Both the position numbers and the translations under genes were made by a program. A model generated the notes under the pieces. It worked only from the letters and a program-made list of their open reading frames with translations, searched no databases and had not been told where the DNA came from. DNA of 64,000 nt from Felis catus (lineage: Eukaryota): assembly GCF_018350175.1 (NCBI RefSeq), contig NC_058369.1, forward strand, positions 21,330,001 through 21,394,000. Direction: 5' to 3'. Position 1 is the stretch's first letter. Each line of letters begins with the position of its first letter. Positions 61,401 through 64,000 of the stretch are shown one piece after another.

Positions 61401-63508
61401 TCTCAGTCCCCTTGGCCTTGTCCTGGAGTTCGGCCTCTGCACTGTCACTAAGTGACCCCTCCTTACTCTTGCCTTTTCCAGATCGAGGCAGACATCTTCG
61501 AGCCCCAGGGCATCAGCACGTTGGATGCTGAGGCCTCATTCATCACCAATGACCTCCTGGGCAGCGCCCTCACCAAGTCCTTCTCAGGGAGGAAGGTGGT
61601 GTAGATGCCTCTCAGGCCTGGGAGGGGGGCAGGGGCAGGAACCCTGAAACCAACAGGACAAGTGTGAACCCTGGGGCTTGGCTGAGGCAAGTGTGTGTGA
61701 GAGGGGAAGGGGGAAATATCCACAGCCATTTCCTTTCTCCTGGGGCACCCCAGTCAGGAGTGAGGCTGCTGGAGGCAGGGGCTGCCAGCTGTCGATGATC
61801 TGCCAGAGGAACTGGGGTCTCATCTGTACTGCAGGGACAGAGTGACCACTTATAAGGCCAGATCCTGTTCTGCCTTGGGAAGTGGACAGGGCAGGTGACT
61901 GTCCATTTTACAGATAAGGACACTGAGGCCAGGGGGAGTCATTTAGGTCCACTGATGCCACACTGAAGGGTGACAGACGAAAGGGATTCTCGTGGTGTAG
62001 GTGGTTGGCTCCAGTTCCCGAGGCCCCCAGCTATCCCAGGGGCCTTGTTTGTTGTGGGCAGTGAATGAATAAAGTTTACATGAATAGCAAACCTTAGTCA
62101 TTCGGGACTTCCAAGTCAAAGCCAGAGGAGCACAGCTCAGAGGGCTCCTGGCTGTTGCAAGGCTGTGCTTTTGCCTTGGGCCCCCGCCCTCTCCCTGCCC
62201 CCTTCTTTCCCATCCCCCTCTTCTTGCCACCAATACACGCAATACCACCCAACACAAAGTTCCTTCTCACGGTGCAAAACCCCTCCCTGAGTGGCTTCTC
62301 GGTGCTGAGCCCCAAAGTAGGCTGAGCCAAGGAGCCTGTGGGGCCCAGCGAACCGGGACAGGCAAAGGCTGAACCAGACAAGGAGCCCCTGGTCTCTGAG
62401 GGGGAGAGAGGTGCTCAGAAAGGCCAGAGCTTGCCAGATGGTGGCAGGACTGCCCAGGCGCCTATCTGCGGGCTCCTCCTGTGGGGGCTTGGCCTCACTC
62501 CCCAGGAGAGAGCACAGTCGACAGGCCCTGGCCACGCTGAGCGAGGCCCTCCATCACCTCTCCCAGGGCCGTGTGTCCTTCAAGCCCAGCATGGACCAAC
62601 AGCGTTCGTGCCCAACCTGTACAGATTCCCTCCTCAACGGAGATTTCATCATCACCTACGACGTGAACAGAGAGTCTCCAGCCAACGTACAGGTACCTGC
62701 CAACTGGCTTTGCCGGGCTGGTCGATTCTCCATCACCCTGATAGGGTGAGAACAGGTACGGGAGGGGCTGCAGTTGCCTCTCGTCCCCAGACCCTGGTCC
62801 TCAGCCCAAGGCCAAATTTCCTGCACAGCCTGGGTATGGAGGATGGTCCAGAGCCTTTGTGTGGCACCCCACAGTGGGTGGGAAAGAATGGCTTTTTCTG
62901 GAGCTGGTAAATGTCTGGCTTCTATTTGCAAGAGTTGCTAAAAGCACTTGCCTGCAGTCTCTCTCTCTCCCCTTTCCAGATAGTCAATGGCTACTTTGTG
63001 CACTTCTTTGCACCTCAAGGCCTTCCCGTGGTGCCTAAAAATGTGGTCTTCGTGATTGACGTCAGTGGCTCCATGCACGGTCGGAAAATGGAGCAGGTGC
63101 GCTTCTCACTGCGACTGGGGGTGACGTGTGGCAGGGAGACACATTTATTTGTAAGTGGACAAAGCTGATATTCCCAGTGAAAGAGGAAGAAGGGAGACGG
63201 GATCAAAAAGAAAAAAAAAAAAAAGCATCTGCCCCCTTTTGCTGCAGAGTGCAGGCCCCAGTGCCAGCCACGCGGGGAGACAGCTGGCCGTCTGCTGCTC
63301 GTTCCCAGCTTCTTGTCTGCGTGCCCTTCTCTTTCCCAGACAAAGGATGCCCTCCTCAAGATCCTGGAGGATGTGAAAGAGGATGACTACCTGAATTTCA
63401 TCCTGTTCAGTGGGGATGTGACCACCTGGAAAGACACCCTAGTTCAAGCCACTCCTGAGAACATCGAGGAGGCCAGGACATTTGTGAAGAACATTGATGA
63501 TCAAGGAA
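58397..63508 (+). CDS. ITIH3: Inter-alpha-trypsin inhibitor heavy chain H3, exons 1-9 (continues past window end)
   Basis: Signal peptide [21 protein letters not shown], propeptide ending [10 protein letters not shown] domain, vWA MIDAS DVSGS. Exon 2-9 lengths are identical to ITIH1. Confidence 0.95.
59117..59137 (+). CDS. ITIH3: ITIH3 exon 2 (21 nt)
   Basis: tttttgcag|KRSLPEG|gtgaga. Confidence 0.9.
59854..60118 (+). repeat. Dispersed direct duplication, copy 1 (ITIH3 intron 2)
   Basis: Aligns along its length with 62186-62438, e.g. GCAATACCACCCA..AAGTTCCTTCTCA.GGTGCAAAACCCCTCCC and GTCTCTGAGGGGGAGA.AGGTGCTCAGAAAGGCCAGAG. Confidence 0.92.
60302..60468 (+). CDS. ITIH3: ITIH3 exon 3
   Basis: [25 protein letters not shown]...KTAFITNFT. 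Confidence 0.94.
60550..60654 (+). CDS. ITIH3: ITIH3 exon 4
   Basis: [34 protein letters not shown]. Confidence 0.94.
60933..61095 (+). CDS. ITIH3: ITIH3 exon 5
   Basis: [31 protein letters not shown]...[10 protein letters not shown]. Confidence 0.94.
61482..61595 (+). CDS. ITIH3: ITIH3 exon 6
   Basis: [38 protein letters not shown]. Confidence 0.94.
62186..62438 (+). repeat. Dispersed direct duplication, copy 2 (ITIH3 intron 6)
   Basis: Matches copy 1 apart from substitutions and one 16-nt indel. Confidence 0.92.
62567..62692 (+). CDS. ITIH3: ITIH3 exon 7
   Basis: [42 protein letters not shown]. Confidence 0.94.
62980..63096 (+). CDS. ITIH3: ITIH3 exon 8
   Basis: [39 protein letters not shown]. 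Confidence 0.94.
63340..63508 (+). CDS. ITIH3: ITIH3 exon 9
   Basis: [27 protein letters not shown]...FVKNIDDQG. Confidence 0.94.
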
Positions 63509-64000
63509 GTATGAGCAGAGGGAAGAACAGACACATCCTGTCACTCCCCTTGGCCCAAGCAGTCTGCCTCTCCTGTGCCTTGGGACAGAGCCTCTGCTGG
63601 TCTAGGCCCTGCAGACCGCAGCTGGGGGTAGAGGTGGGATAGGGGGCGGTTCAGGCTTCTTATTGGGGTGTCTTCTTTGCAGTCTAGGGGAGCCCACTCT
63701 TCCTTTCTCTAATCCTTGATCCTGGAGCCCCACTGGTCCCGGCAAGATAACGCCACAGAGAACCCTTATCCTGGGCCGCTCCTTAGGGAAAATGACAAAC
63801 GACGCCGACACTGCTCCCCTCTCCTCCCAGTGAGCATGCCTGGCAGCCCCTCTGATAGCTTTCCAAACTGCTTTTACAATCACCTTCTGGCAGCCCCGAC
63901 AGGCTGGTCCTTTGGTCCCCAATGAAAGAGTAAGTCATTCATTCATCACTCGCCGATTCACTCGGTCAATACCTACTGAGTACCAGGGCGCGTTGGCTAA

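Noticed and set aside
59799..62381. Two similar minus-strand peptides (LST.KPL.EGFCT.RRNF.LGGIAC.G) suggesting a paralogous small-protein pair
   Set aside because: A by-product of the DNA duplication; differences in that frame are largely non-synonymous, so there is no coding signature.

Overview
Mammalian genomic DNA, almost certainly felid (many Can-SINEs of the cat SINEC_Fc type and carnivore L1 3' ends), covering the conserved NEK4-ITIH1-ITIH3 cluster. On the minus strand lie NEK4 coding exons 1-14 (ATG at 35212 in a CpG island; 757 codons in the window; the terminal exon was not found and is inferred to lie left of base 1). On the plus strand lie a complete 22-exon ITIH1 (41286-54572, 910 aa) and exons 1-9 of ITIH3 (from 58397, running off the right end). 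All exons were placed by hand with GT-AG boundaries and consistent phases. The NEK4 half is AT-rich and full of L1s, SINEs and a Tigger1; the ITIH half is GC-rich with MIR/L2 relics. Less obvious items: (1) a decayed ATP5MG processed pseudogene in the last NEK4 intron, split by an L1 and a SINE, both with visible TSDs; (2) a ~250-bp non-TE element duplicated between ITIH3 introns 2 and 6, with a shared hairpin, a DR1-like motif and a candidate in-frame 78-nt cassette exon; (3) a perfect IR-1 (FXR-type) element just upstream of the ITIH3 TATA box; (4) interlocking uORFs in the NEK4 leader. I cannot support a new multi-gene system here. These are modest, testable leads. Gene and repeat names come from recognition, not from a database search.
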